DNA of 36,655 nt, from the NCBI GenBank assembly GCA_047639395.1, contig JBLINR010000002.1, positions 1 through 36,655 on the forward strand, written 5' to 3'. Positions 22,553 to 31,697 of this stretch are shown in pieces. The notes beneath the pieces are model-generated. The model was not told where the DNA came from, did no database searches, and was given only the letters and a program-made list of their open reading frames with translations. The translations under genes were made by a program, and so were the position numbers. The DNA is from Candidatus Woesearchaeota archaeon. Lineage in GTDB: Archaea > Nanobdellota > Nanobdellia > Woesearchaeales > DATGWN01. The stretch's first letter is position 1. Each line of letters begins with the position of its first letter.

Positions 22553-22975
22553 TTACTTTCTCCCACCATCAAGTGTTGCAAGTAACTGTACTGCTATTGC
22601 TTTGTAGTCTGAATCTTGTGTATCTGTGTGAACAACACTTGCGTAATGTTGAGAAACTCTGTCTGTGAGTGATATTCTATATCCTGAATCAAATTGTCCA
22701 TCTCGTTTTGGAATCAGATGTAATGTTTGAGGTGTTGTTAATTCAGTTGCAATATAATCTGCAAGTCCACATTCATCAGGCGAGTAGTCGCTATTGTGTT
22801 CGTCCGCACCTGGGTCGAGTAAATATTGTACTACATCATCAAATGTTCCTTGGAGTAATTCTGGAGAAACAAGTTTACAAAGACCTGTTTGATCTTGTGT
22901 TGTACCATCTTCAAGTATTTTTGTTAGTGAGTCGTTAGGTGTATTTGTCACTAAAGTTATTTTTGTTGGTTTCAT
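22553..22975 (-). CDS. Ubiquitin-like (beta-grasp) modifier precursor ending in GG-RK
   Basis: 140 aa. The C-terminus is ...YKAIAVQLLATLDGGRK, with Gly137-Gly138 codons at 22562-22567 followed by only Arg-Lys and the stop. It is the first gene of the operon, 12 nt upstream of the E2-like gene. Confidence 0.55.
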   Translation of the reverse strand: MKPTKITLVTNTPNDSLTKILEDGTTQDQTGLCKLVSPELLQGTFDDVVQYLLDPGADEHNSDYSPDECGLADYIATELTTPQTLHLIPKRDGQFDSGYRISLTDRVSQHYASVVHTDTQDSDYKAIAVQLLATLDGGRK

Positions 22976-23093
22976 ATGTTTTTAGGAAGAACTGCTTTTA
23001 ATGGAGTTGTTGTATACATTTCCGGTTATTTTGCGAGTAAAGTATACGTTTTTTCAGATTAAGATGCACTGCTCGTCGTACCTTGTCGAAACA

Positions 23094-23101
23094 TTTATAA
23101 T
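23094..23101 (+). promoter_or_regulatory. TATA box (gaaacaTTTATAAT) for the large secreted-protein operon
   Basis: It ends 23 nt upstream of ATG 23125. Confidence 0.5.
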
Positions 23102-23124
23102 ATTAAAACACAAAATGAGTATCA

Positions 23125-25794
23125 ATGAGTAAAGGGTTTTTGAAAAGAGGGCAGATATCTGCGTATATATTTGTAGGTGTCTTGATAGCAGCGATTGCTA
23201 CAATTGGTATTATAGCAAGTAATCCTCTAACTGTGGATGTAACTAATACTCTTGAAGATTTTGCTGTTACTGAGCAAGTTGATCAGGCATTTACACAACT
23301 TCGCGTTTATGTTGAACAATGTATGGAGCTAACTGCTCGAGAAGCAATTGTATTATTAGGTACTCAAGGCGGATATATTGAACAAGATTTCCGTGTAATT
23401 GAACAACTACCTACTGAATCTGAAGCAATTCCATTTGTTCCTGGTAGCGATTATGTTGTTCCTTACTGGTTATACATGTTTGACTCAAACTCTTGTTTAG
23501 AAAATTGTCAATTTAATTCACACCGTCCTCCACTTCGTATTGAGGAAGCTCCTGATTCTACTGTTGCAATTGAACGACAGCTTAACGAGTACATGCATGA
23601 AAAAGTTACTGATTGTTTAGGAAACTTTGAAGCAATGGAAGCTGTTGGGTATTCGGTTGTATCTCGAGGATTACCTATCTTTTCGACAAATTTTCGTCAA
23701 GATGATGTACAATTTCTTTTAAATTATCCATTAACAGTTACATCTGGTCAAACAAATGAAGATTTATCACAATTCTTAGTTGAAATTGATGTTCCGCTTA
23801 AACGAATGTATGACTATGCGTCAATGCTTGCATTTTTTGCATCTGATCGTAACTTTTTAGAAAATCACGCTACATCACTTATCTCAACATATTCTAGTTT
23901 AAATCCAGGACAACTTCCGCCAGTTGCAGGTTCTTCTTTTGAATTTGCAAATACGCGATATTGGGTAACGGGACAAGTACGAAAACAAATTACTGAAATG
24001 TTAAGTGTATATGTTCCCCAATTACAAGTATTATATTCTGCTAATTATCAACCATTTGATATTGATCTATATCCTGATTCTGCTTCAAAAGATCCACAAA
24101 TCATGGCAGGTATTGAACGATTATACAATAATATGGTATTACCTATTGATCCTGCTAATTTTATCAATGAGAATGAAACACGCTTTGATGAGTTTGCAGT
24201 TGACTTTGCGTATTATGAAGATTGGGCACCGTATGTGAGTTTGAATGGTGGACAAGAATTAATCCAACCGCACAGTCTCTCAATTGATTTAATTCCATTT
24301 TTCGGAATAAACCAATACGAAACATACTATGATGTGAGTTATCCTGTTCGAGTAAGTGTGTATGATAAAGAGGCATTAAACGGCGAAGGATTTTCATTTA
24401 ACTTTGCACTAGAAGCAAATATCCGAGATAATCGTCCATTTGAAACTGGAGATGTATTAGTTGGTTCTTTAACTCCGTTAGAGGGTCATCTAGATTACTT
24501 TTGTGAATATGATCAACGAAATAGTGGCTTAATTGAGTTTACTGCAATAAATGCGATGAGTGGGCAACCACTTGTAAATCAACCTGTAACTTTTAGTTGT
24601 GGAAATACAAAAGTTGTGCAATCAGCTGTTTTTAGTTCGAGTCCTGCTCCTGAATCTGTTGAAAGCTATTTCAAAACCTCACATCCTGATTCTGAAATTC
24701 GTGTGACATTTGCACATGAGACATTATCCTTTCAATCATTCAAAGTTCTTGTTGATGACTTATACGTAACACAGTCTGGTGTTATTGCGTTTAATGAAAA
24801 CTCACAAACAAGTTCATTTACTCAAGGATCAAAAGTACAAGTTGATCCGACTGACTTTACTGCTGTGGGAAACACAGGTGCGCAATTACTTAATGTGTTT
24901 GATGATGACGTGGACTTTGAAGTTCTTAACACTGAAACAGGTGTTGTAGACAATTACCAAGTTCGAAATGATCAAAATTCAATTATTTTTACAAAAGAAA
25001 AACATACTCCTGCAACAAGATCTTGTAGTATTGATGTAACTGATGAGACTGGTTACTTTTCAGGAAAATTCCCTATTTGTGCTGGCGGATATTTATCTTT
25101 ACCTAGCACTGAATACTTACAATCAACATTCTTATTATCAACAAATCTTAACAAACCTGTTGATCTAGGTGTATTAGAATTACAACCAAAAAGAAACCTT
25201 ACTGTGAAAGTTAAGAAAAATTTGGTTAAGAAGTCAGGTGGTCTGTATTTATTTGAAAAAGAGCCTGTTAACTTAGAACGTTTTGAAACTGCGTACGTTA
25301 CACTTGAACGTGTGAAACACAATCCGCTTGAAGCTGATTATAGTGCATTCTTTGTATTTAATGGAAGTGGCGGACCTGATCTTTTAATTGATGGTGTTCG
25401 TCAGAATACTGATGCTGATGTAACAATTCAAGTTGCACCTGGAAATTATACGGTGACTATGATTCTTATACTGGATAATGAAGTGACAATACCTGCTCAA
25501 CCAATTTATGATGATGATGATGATCTTGTTACTACTATTGCTCCTATTACTTTACCGCAATCGCCATCAGGGAAATATGATTTGGATGAAACAACAGGGT
25601 ACTTATCATTAAGTGCTGCAGATCTTGACAGTGGGAAAGCTCTTGAGTTTTATGCAATCGGACAAGACCTTCTAAAAACATGTACAAAGGGATGTACTGC
25701 GAAAGACTTAAATATTGAAATATTCGTGGATCACTATGTGATAGAACACTTTAATACATTATATCCGAAATTTGTAGGTGTAAGCAATGAATAA
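23125..25794 (+). CDS. Large (889 aa) extracellular protein with class III (type IV pilin-like) signal peptide
   Basis: The N-terminus MSKGFLKRG-QISAYIFVGVLIAAIATIGIIAS has a charged n-region, KRG/Q, then a hydrophobic helix, like archaeal prepilin-peptidase substrates. The rest has no recognisable domain. Confidence 0.7.
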   Translation: MSKGFLKRGQISAYIFVGVLIAAIATIGIIASNPLTVDVTNTLEDFAVTEQVDQAFTQLRVYVEQCMELTAREAIVLLGTQGGYIEQDFRVIEQLPTESEAIPFVPGSDYVVPYWLYMFDSNSCLENCQFNSHRPPLRIEEAPDSTVAIERQLNEYMHEKVTDCLGNFEAMEAVGYSVVSRGLPIFSTNFRQDDVQFLLNYPLTVTSGQTNEDLSQFLVEIDVPLKRMYDYASMLAFFASDRNFLENHATSLISTYSSLNPGQLPPVAGSSFEFANTRYWVTGQVRKQITEMLSVYVPQLQVLYSANYQPFDIDLYPDSASKDPQIMAGIERLYNNMVLPIDPANFINENETRFDEFAVDFAYYEDWAPYVSLNGGQELIQPHSLSIDLIPFFGINQYETYYDVSYPVRVSVYDKEALNGEGFSFNFALEANIRDNRPFETGDVLVGSLTPLEGHLDYFCEYDQRNSGLIEFTAINAMSGQPLVNQPVTFSCGNTKVVQSAVFSSSPAPESVESYFKTSHPDSEIRVTFAHETLSFQSFKVLVDDLYVTQSGVIAFNENSQTSSFTQGSKVQVDPTDFTAVGNTGAQLLNVFDDDVDFEVLNTETGVVDNYQVRNDQNSIIFTKEKHTPATRSCSIDVTDETGYFSGKFPICAGGYLSLPSTEYLQSTFLLSTNLNKPVDLGVLELQPKRNLTVKVKKNLVKKSGGLYLFEKEPVNLERFETAYVTLERVKHNPLEADYSAFFVFNGSGGPDLLIDGVRQNTDADVTIQVAPGNYTVTMILILDNEVTIPAQPIYDDDDDLVTTIAPITLPQSPSGKYDLDETTGYLSLSAADLDSGKALEFYAIGQDLLKTCTKGCTAKDLNIEIFVDHYVIEHFNTLYPKFVGVSNE

Positions 25795-28700
25795 GAAGTT
25801 TATTGCAATATTCATTATTACTCTATTTATGACTCTTCCATTCTCATTTGCATTTAGCCTTAATGCTGTTTTCGTTGAGGGGGATATGAGTCCTCATGTT
25901 AATGAAATTAGAGGAGATGAAGACTTTACATACCGTGCGATACTTATTGCTGAACCAAACGATAAGGACACATCTGGAAATATTAAACCTAACTTTGTGT
26001 CTGCAATACCGAGTAGTCTCTATATCGGTAACAAAAATTCTGGGCGGGCTGAATTCTTCACATCTTGTGAAATCATAAATGATACTGGTAGTGTTGAATG
26101 TTTATTAGAAGAATCTGCTTTGACTTCAATTCAATCTCCATTAATACAATACTATACACGTTTTGAAAGACGACGTCGTATTGGATCTAACTTGCATACT
26201 GAAACCCAAGTTTTTAATGGTACATATATTGTTGATGATCGTGTGCCGGAATTAGAGATTATTGATACACAACAAGTATTAGATACATTGTCTATCACAG
26301 TAAAAATCACGGACAAACTTCGTCCAACATTCGAGGATCAACACGAAGGTTGTACTCCTATTTATACAGTAAAAGCATATATTCCTAGAACTGGACGAGA
26401 AACAATTAATACTGACGTTGAATTACAATCAAAAGGATGTTCCTTTGAACTTGTACTAGATGTAGATGTTTCTGAAATGTCAACTGGTGTTCAGAATGTG
26501 TGTGTTGAAGCAACTGATGGTGTTGACTTAACAGGTAAAATGTGTAAAAATGTACAAATTGATAAAGATGCACCGTTAATTCGAGAAATTGCAATTGCAA
26601 CTGAAGATAATAATAAAATTGAATTTATTCAAGAGTATGATGAAGGATTTATTCGTTTTAGAAAAACAAGTGATACTAATCTAAATACATTAACTATTTC
26701 CTTAAACGGTGTTCCGTTAAACATTCTTGAATGTCGTGAACGAAACATTTGTGTAACTACTGAATTCACACTTACACAAGGCACACATACAATTGAACTC
26801 TATGCTGAAGATACACGTGGTAATGTTGCTGATACACAAGTTATACAAACAATTGTTACTGACACTGCTCAACCTGCACTTGTTTCATTAGAATCAGATG
26901 TTGTTATTGATGGTGTTTCATTTATTACTCGAGGACAAAGTAAAATTGTTGCAACATTTGATGAAACACAGAGTGGGTTTCATAAACGAATTGGTTCTAA
27001 TTTAGTTGAACAAGTCCTTTTGCAACAGCGACATAGTGGTATTATACGACATGCAAACACGTGTACACAATCAAACTCACAATGGATTTGTACTTGGACA
27101 CAATTTCCAGTTCTTAAGACTGATCCTGATGGTCACTTTGATCTTATTCTTGTAGCTCGTGATGATACGGGTAACATCATGACAGGTGAAGCTGAGCATT
27201 TATTTATGTTGGATACGACGTTTCCTCAAGTTGATGCTACAGGTGTAACTACTGTTGGTGTTACTGGCACAGGTGTTGTTCAAAATGAAATTGTTACTGG
27301 TGATTCAGCTATTCGTGTTACTGTTCCAGTTACTGATGCAAGTAATATGAGGATTGTTGGTGATTTTACATCAGTTGGTGGTGGTTCTAATGTAACTGGT
27401 TCTTGTACTGATACGTCATGTACTGTTACTTCGAATACAATATTTTTGAGTGGCTTACAATCAGTGACTGTTCGAATCTTTGACTCATTTAATCGAGACA
27501 CACAAGTTACAACTGATGAAATCGAAGTTCTTAAATCAGGAGATCCTGAATTTTTGGATCAAGAATTCTTTTCACATTCATTAACAGTATCACCTTCACA
27601 ATTTGAAAAGACAACAAGTCGTTTCAAAAATCAAAAAGCGTTTGCCTCTATTAAAATTACATCTGATCAAGGTGCAAAAGCAACTACTTCTCGTCTATTA
27701 AGTTGTCGAGGACGAGATGGTGATCATGCAAATGATGATTCTTTCTTTAGCTCAGTAAATCAAATAACAACTGCTGACCCGAGTGAAACACTATTACAAT
27801 TAGAATTAAAAAGTGCTGATATTAATCAAGAAGAAATTCGTATGATTTGTGTTATTGGTGTGAGTGGTTCTGTTGATGGAACATTTATTCCTGAAGAACG
27901 TGAAGAAGTACAATTGGACTTTGGCACATATGCTTTTTCTATGGGTGAAATTGGTGAGAATCATGAAGCTGAAGTAGAAGCTGCAATTTCTGCTGCAAAT
28001 GATGGTATTATCAACACAATTGCAAAACTTGAAAAGTTTGTGAAAATCGCAGAGACACTTTGTCGATTACTGAATTTGTTTATGACTGTTCGAGATTTAC
28101 TTAAGACGCTAGGAGTTGGATTTAAATTCCTTGGTCAAGCATTAAGTACAAATCCATTTACTGCGGGCGCAGGTCAAGCATTATTACAAGCTGGTGCACG
28201 TATGTGTGGTATTGAGCAAACAGGAAATGAAGTTGTACGAAAAACATTTGTTGAAAGAATTCAAGGTGTATGTCAATTCATTACATGTGAGCGAAGTTTA
28301 ACTGGTGCAATCATGGGTTCATTTGGAGATGAAGGATTTATGGCTGGCAGTGAAAGTGGCGTTCTTGATAGAATTGGAACACGTTCCAATTTCCAAAATG
28401 ATGATGGGAATGCGAGAACTATTGAATATAATGACGGTGGACAAGATTCTGGTGCAAGTACTACTAAATCATTACTAACTGACGATTCATTTATCCCGCG
28501 GGATAATTTATTCTGGAATATTATTGATTTATGTATTCCTGGTATTATTAAAAATTTGAATAGATTACGACAACTTAAATGTCAATACGCAGTGTGTGTT
28601 CGAGATGATGTTCCACAAGGTGTACCTAAGAGTGCATGTGATGCAGCATTAGCGTATGGTGAGTGTAGATTCATTTACCAAACTATGTTTTCAGCATTCC

Positions 28701-28957
28701 CGCCATTTGCGTTTTTCGACTTTATGATGAATAAGTTGATTGCGTTAATCGCAAATCCATTTGCATTAGCTGGCTTTATTATTCAAAAAGTTATTTGTCA
28801 AGCTACTTGTGAATCGCCTGAGGGTTTTACATATAATGCGTGTGTTTCATTAACGTTGGCAAGTGAACTTGCAGCATCCATTCAACATATTATGAAATTT
28901 ATTAAAAGTTTAAGTGATAAGGAGTTCCAAAATGTCAACTACTGTGATCAGTTATAG
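25787..28957 (+). CDS. Large (1056 aa) secreted protein with Ig-like repeat signatures and a Cys-rich hydrophobic C-terminal region
   Basis: Sec-type signal MNKKFIAIFIITLFMTLPFSFAFS. Recurrent domain-boundary motifs are DDRVPELEI, DKDAPLIREI, DTAQPALVSL and DTTFPQVDA. The start overlaps the upstream stop by 8 nt. Confidence 0.7.
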   Translation: MNKKFIAIFIITLFMTLPFSFAFSLNAVFVEGDMSPHVNEIRGDEDFTYRAILIAEPNDKDTSGNIKPNFVSAIPSSLYIGNKNSGRAEFFTSCEIINDTGSVECLLEESALTSIQSPLIQYYTRFERRRRIGSNLHTETQVFNGTYIVDDRVPELEIIDTQQVLDTLSITVKITDKLRPTFEDQHEGCTPIYTVKAYIPRTGRETINTDVELQSKGCSFELVLDVDVSEMSTGVQNVCVEATDGVDLTGKMCKNVQIDKDAPLIREIAIATEDNNKIEFIQEYDEGFIRFRKTSDTNLNTLTISLNGVPLNILECRERNICVTTEFTLTQGTHTIELYAEDTRGNVADTQVIQTIVTDTAQPALVSLESDVVIDGVSFITRGQSKIVATFDETQSGFHKRIGSNLVEQVLLQQRHSGIIRHANTCTQSNSQWICTWTQFPVLKTDPDGHFDLILVARDDTGNIMTGEAEHLFMLDTTFPQVDATGVTTVGVTGTGVVQNEIVTGDSAIRVTVPVTDASNMRIVGDFTSVGGGSNVTGSCTDTSCTVTSNTIFLSGLQSVTVRIFDSFNRDTQVTTDEIEVLKSGDPEFLDQEFFSHSLTVSPSQFEKTTSRFKNQKAFASIKITSDQGAKATTSRLLSCRGRDGDHANDDSFFSSVNQITTADPSETLLQLELKSADINQEEIRMICVIGVSGSVDGTFIPEEREEVQLDFGTYAFSMGEIGENHEAEVEAAISAANDGIINTIAKLEKFVKIAETLCRLLNLFMTVRDLLKTLGVGFKFLGQALSTNPFTAGAGQALLQAGARMCGIEQTGNEVVRKTFVERIQGVCQFITCERSLTGAIMGSFGDEGFMAGSESGVLDRIGTRSNFQNDDGNARTIEYNDGGQDSGASTTKSLLTDDSFIPRDNLFWNIIDLCIPGIIKNLNRLRQLKCQYAVCVRDDVPQGVPKSACDAALAYGECRFIYQTMFSAFPPFAFFDFMMNKLIALIANPFALAGFIIQKVICQATCESPEGFTYNACVSLTLASELAASIQHIMKFIKSLSDKEFQNVNYCDQL

Positions 28958-31697
28958 GATACTTGTATGCATGCTTTGTGTTATGCTCTTCGTGCCTATG
29001 GTAAGTGCGGAGACTGTTGTATTGAGTTCATCACAAGATACACTTATTCAATACGTTGCTAGTGATGGTCAAAAAGTTTCGACTTTATTAGAACCGATTA
29101 GTATTGGTGGTACTAGGGTAACAACTGTCGTTGGATCTTCTGCACCTACTAGTAGAAATTCTGGAAACTCTTTTGAAGACGAAGTCAGTTATCTTGTGTT
29201 AGCGGCTAATTTGTATAGTTCTCAACTGACACTTTATGATTATTCGGATCCTGATCTTCCTGCACTGACTGCTGGAGTGGTTTTAACAGTTGAAGAATAC
29301 TACCTACCAATTACCGTTAGTGGATATGATTTAAGTGTTTCTCAGAATGGTCGGAGTTCGAGAGTGGCAACTGGTCCTCCTCCTGCTCCTGCTACAACAC
29401 CTACTGCTCCTAGCACAACACCAGCAACTGCTGACACACCTGCAACTGCTGGGACATTAACAGATGATGACGTAACTGCTGCAAATAATTGGTTTGCTTC
29501 TAAAAGCGGATCTCAAACGCAATCGGGATCACCTCAAGCTAGCTCTTCAACAGGAAATATGAAACTTATTGGTGAAGATAAAATTGGCGTTGTTGTAGGC
29601 TCTGAAAAATATTTTTTTGGAAAAGATGATGATGGGAAATTAATTGGTGCTATTCGTACTGATAATGCAGTTGTTGATATTCCTTCTGAAATTTTGGCAC
29701 AAGCTGGGATTACGAGTTTGTCTTCGTTTAAAGAGAAGGATGGTAAGATTCTAGTTGGGACAGAAACACTTTCTGAGATCACGGCTACTTCTATCACACT
29801 CGTTCCTGCTGATGGCAAAACACACACACTAGCGTATGCCAATCAAGCACAAGGTATCATTAGTGACACACCTGCTGGTAGTGAACAACCATCAACATTC
29901 ATTTTCACACAATCACGAGGATTGCGATTAGAACTGCGTGGTGCTGCTGCTGGTAAAGATTCAGACGACAAATCAGTTCAATATAAATTAACTCAAAAAA
30001 CCGGTGATTCTATTAGAACTGTGACAGTGACTACTGAGGATGCTAAACAATTAACTGAGAATATAGACAAACTCCAAGCGCTTTTCCAACATGCGATAGC
30101 GCAAGGTATTGATATTAATGCTGAAACTTTAAGACAAGCTATTGACAAAACAGATAAGGATGGAAATCCTATCACTTCCATCAGTTTTGGGGATTCTACT
30201 AGATTATTTTTCGGTACGACTGCGACGGTGAGTGTTCACACATTTGAATCTGGTGATTTATCTGAAGCAACCGTGGTTAGAGAAGATGGAACTACAACTA
30301 AGTATACTTTGCAAGGTGTGAGTTTAACGAAAGAAGGTAAAGATGATAAGGGCAAACCTATCACTCTTGACACAAGTGCTGATTTTGTTAAAGCAATAAC
30401 AAACAATGATGATAGCAAACTGACAAACTATCTCGTTAAACAATATGAATCACAAGTTGGGGATAAACCGTTTAAGACTCCGCTTAGAATTGAAACTATT
30501 GAATTTGATATAACTGGGAAACAAACATATGCTGATTATATTGCTTTAGAACCTGGGGACAAAGATACAGTTCAATATATTCACGAAACACAAACTACGA
30601 AGAAAAACATTATCACAGTTGTTCAAGTAACTGGTTCATTAAAACAAGATTCGGCTGATAAAAGTAAACTGATTTATTCTCTTAATGAACAAAGTACTGT
30701 TGCATACGAATTAGAAATTACTGGTAATAAAAAAACAGGAACTATACTTACTGTGCTTGATGATCAGGGCAGTCCAACTGCGAGTAAATTCAAAGTTAAA
30801 AACGGACTTCTAGGTGCTAAATTAACTTGTATTGATAAAACAGACTGTAATAAAGAATCACGTGCATTCAAAGAAGCAGAAAAAGCATTCAAAGAATCAC
30901 AATTAACAAACAGAAAATTAACTATTCAAGATGCAAGAAAACGTTATGAAGTATACAGAGACTCCGTAACGGGGTACAAAGCATTATCTATTGAGAATTA
31001 TCAAGTAACTGACTTTATGCGTGATATGCAATGGGCAGAAAACTTTGGGGCACTCTCTAGCCTATTTGTTGGTTCAGAGAGATTTGCTAAATGGGAATCA
31101 CAAGTAAAAGAACTTATACCAACAACTGATAGGTGGGTAGAAACGATGTGTAAAGCAAACTTAAAACCTGACGGTCCACAAAACACTGCATTTGTTAAAC
31201 TACCTGACGGGAGTGTATCTGCTGCTGCAACTACAGGTGGTGAGTGTTCATCTCCAGTTACTGCATATGATGTGACTGAACGATTATACAAATTTAGTGC
31301 GTATGTTGCAAACCCACAAGGTGTTCCTGAAGAAACTCCCTTGAGATTCGATATTTATATTCAAGACGATTCTGGTGAAAGACATGCATTGTTTGATGAT
31401 GCATTCGCACTTGATCCTGGTGGAGTACTAAGTTTAACTGGTCCTGATGCGGTAAGTAGATTTAGTGATAAACTATTTACACAAATCTGTATTGAGTTTG
31501 AAAATCCTCCTGAAATTTTTGAAGATAATACATTATGTAATGCTATTACCTGTCGTGAAATTCCTGAAGGTGGCTATACAGCTCCTCCTTTACTAGAACA
31601 AGATAATCCATTTAACGAAGATACTGTTAGTGGTGACGAAGCAATTGAATCACAACCAGGTGGCGCTCCAAGTATTAATGAGGATATATTCGGATGA
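28932..31697 (+). CDS. Large (921 aa) secreted protein with a Pro/Thr/Ala linker
   Basis: AAGGAG at 28919-28924 lies 7 nt upstream of ATG 28932; the track start at 28914 is a GTG. The signal peptide is MSTTVISYRILVCMLCVMLFVPMVSA. The linker is GPPPAPATTPTAPSTTPATADTPATAGT (about 29367-29456). Confidence 0.7.
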   Translation: MSTTVISYRILVCMLCVMLFVPMVSAETVVLSSSQDTLIQYVASDGQKVSTLLEPISIGGTRVTTVVGSSAPTSRNSGNSFEDEVSYLVLAANLYSSQLTLYDYSDPDLPALTAGVVLTVEEYYLPITVSGYDLSVSQNGRSSRVATGPPPAPATTPTAPSTTPATADTPATAGTLTDDDVTAANNWFASKSGSQTQSGSPQASSSTGNMKLIGEDKIGVVVGSEKYFFGKDDDGKLIGAIRTDNAVVDIPSEILAQAGITSLSSFKEKDGKILVGTETLSEITATSITLVPADGKTHTLAYANQAQGIISDTPAGSEQPSTFIFTQSRGLRLELRGAAAGKDSDDKSVQYKLTQKTGDSIRTVTVTTEDAKQLTENIDKLQALFQHAIAQGIDINAETLRQAIDKTDKDGNPITSISFGDSTRLFFGTTATVSVHTFESGDLSEATVVREDGTTTKYTLQGVSLTKEGKDDKGKPITLDTSADFVKAITNNDDSKLTNYLVKQYESQVGDKPFKTPLRIETIEFDITGKQTYADYIALEPGDKDTVQYIHETQTTKKNIITVVQVTGSLKQDSADKSKLIYSLNEQSTVAYELEITGNKKTGTILTVLDDQGSPTASKFKVKNGLLGAKLTCIDKTDCNKESRAFKEAEKAFKESQLTNRKLTIQDARKRYEVYRDSVTGYKALSIENYQVTDFMRDMQWAENFGALSSLFVGSERFAKWESQVKELIPTTDRWVETMCKANLKPDGPQNTAFVKLPDGSVSAAATTGGECSSPVTAYDVTERLYKFSAYVANPQGVPEETPLRFDIYIQDDSGERHALFDDAFALDPGGVLSLTGPDAVSRFSDKLFTQICIEFENPPEIFEDNTLCNAITCREIPEGGYTAPPLLEQDNPFNEDTVSGDEAIESQPGGAPSINEDIFG

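Noticed and set aside
19440-22938. Short ORFs overlapping the Ubl/E2/E1/JAB genes (19440..19676, 19653..19841, 19884..20096, 20410..20652, 20691..20885, 22026..22214, 22221..22433, 22669..22938)
   Set aside because: They are antisense or out-of-frame shadows of four genes that each carry family-specific catalytic motifs. Their products are Cys/Phe/Leu-rich with no start signals.
23115-23132. ATG at 23115 upstream of the 889-aa gene
   Set aside because: It encodes only MSINE before a stop and is out of frame with the long ORF. The TATA spacing points to ATG 23125.
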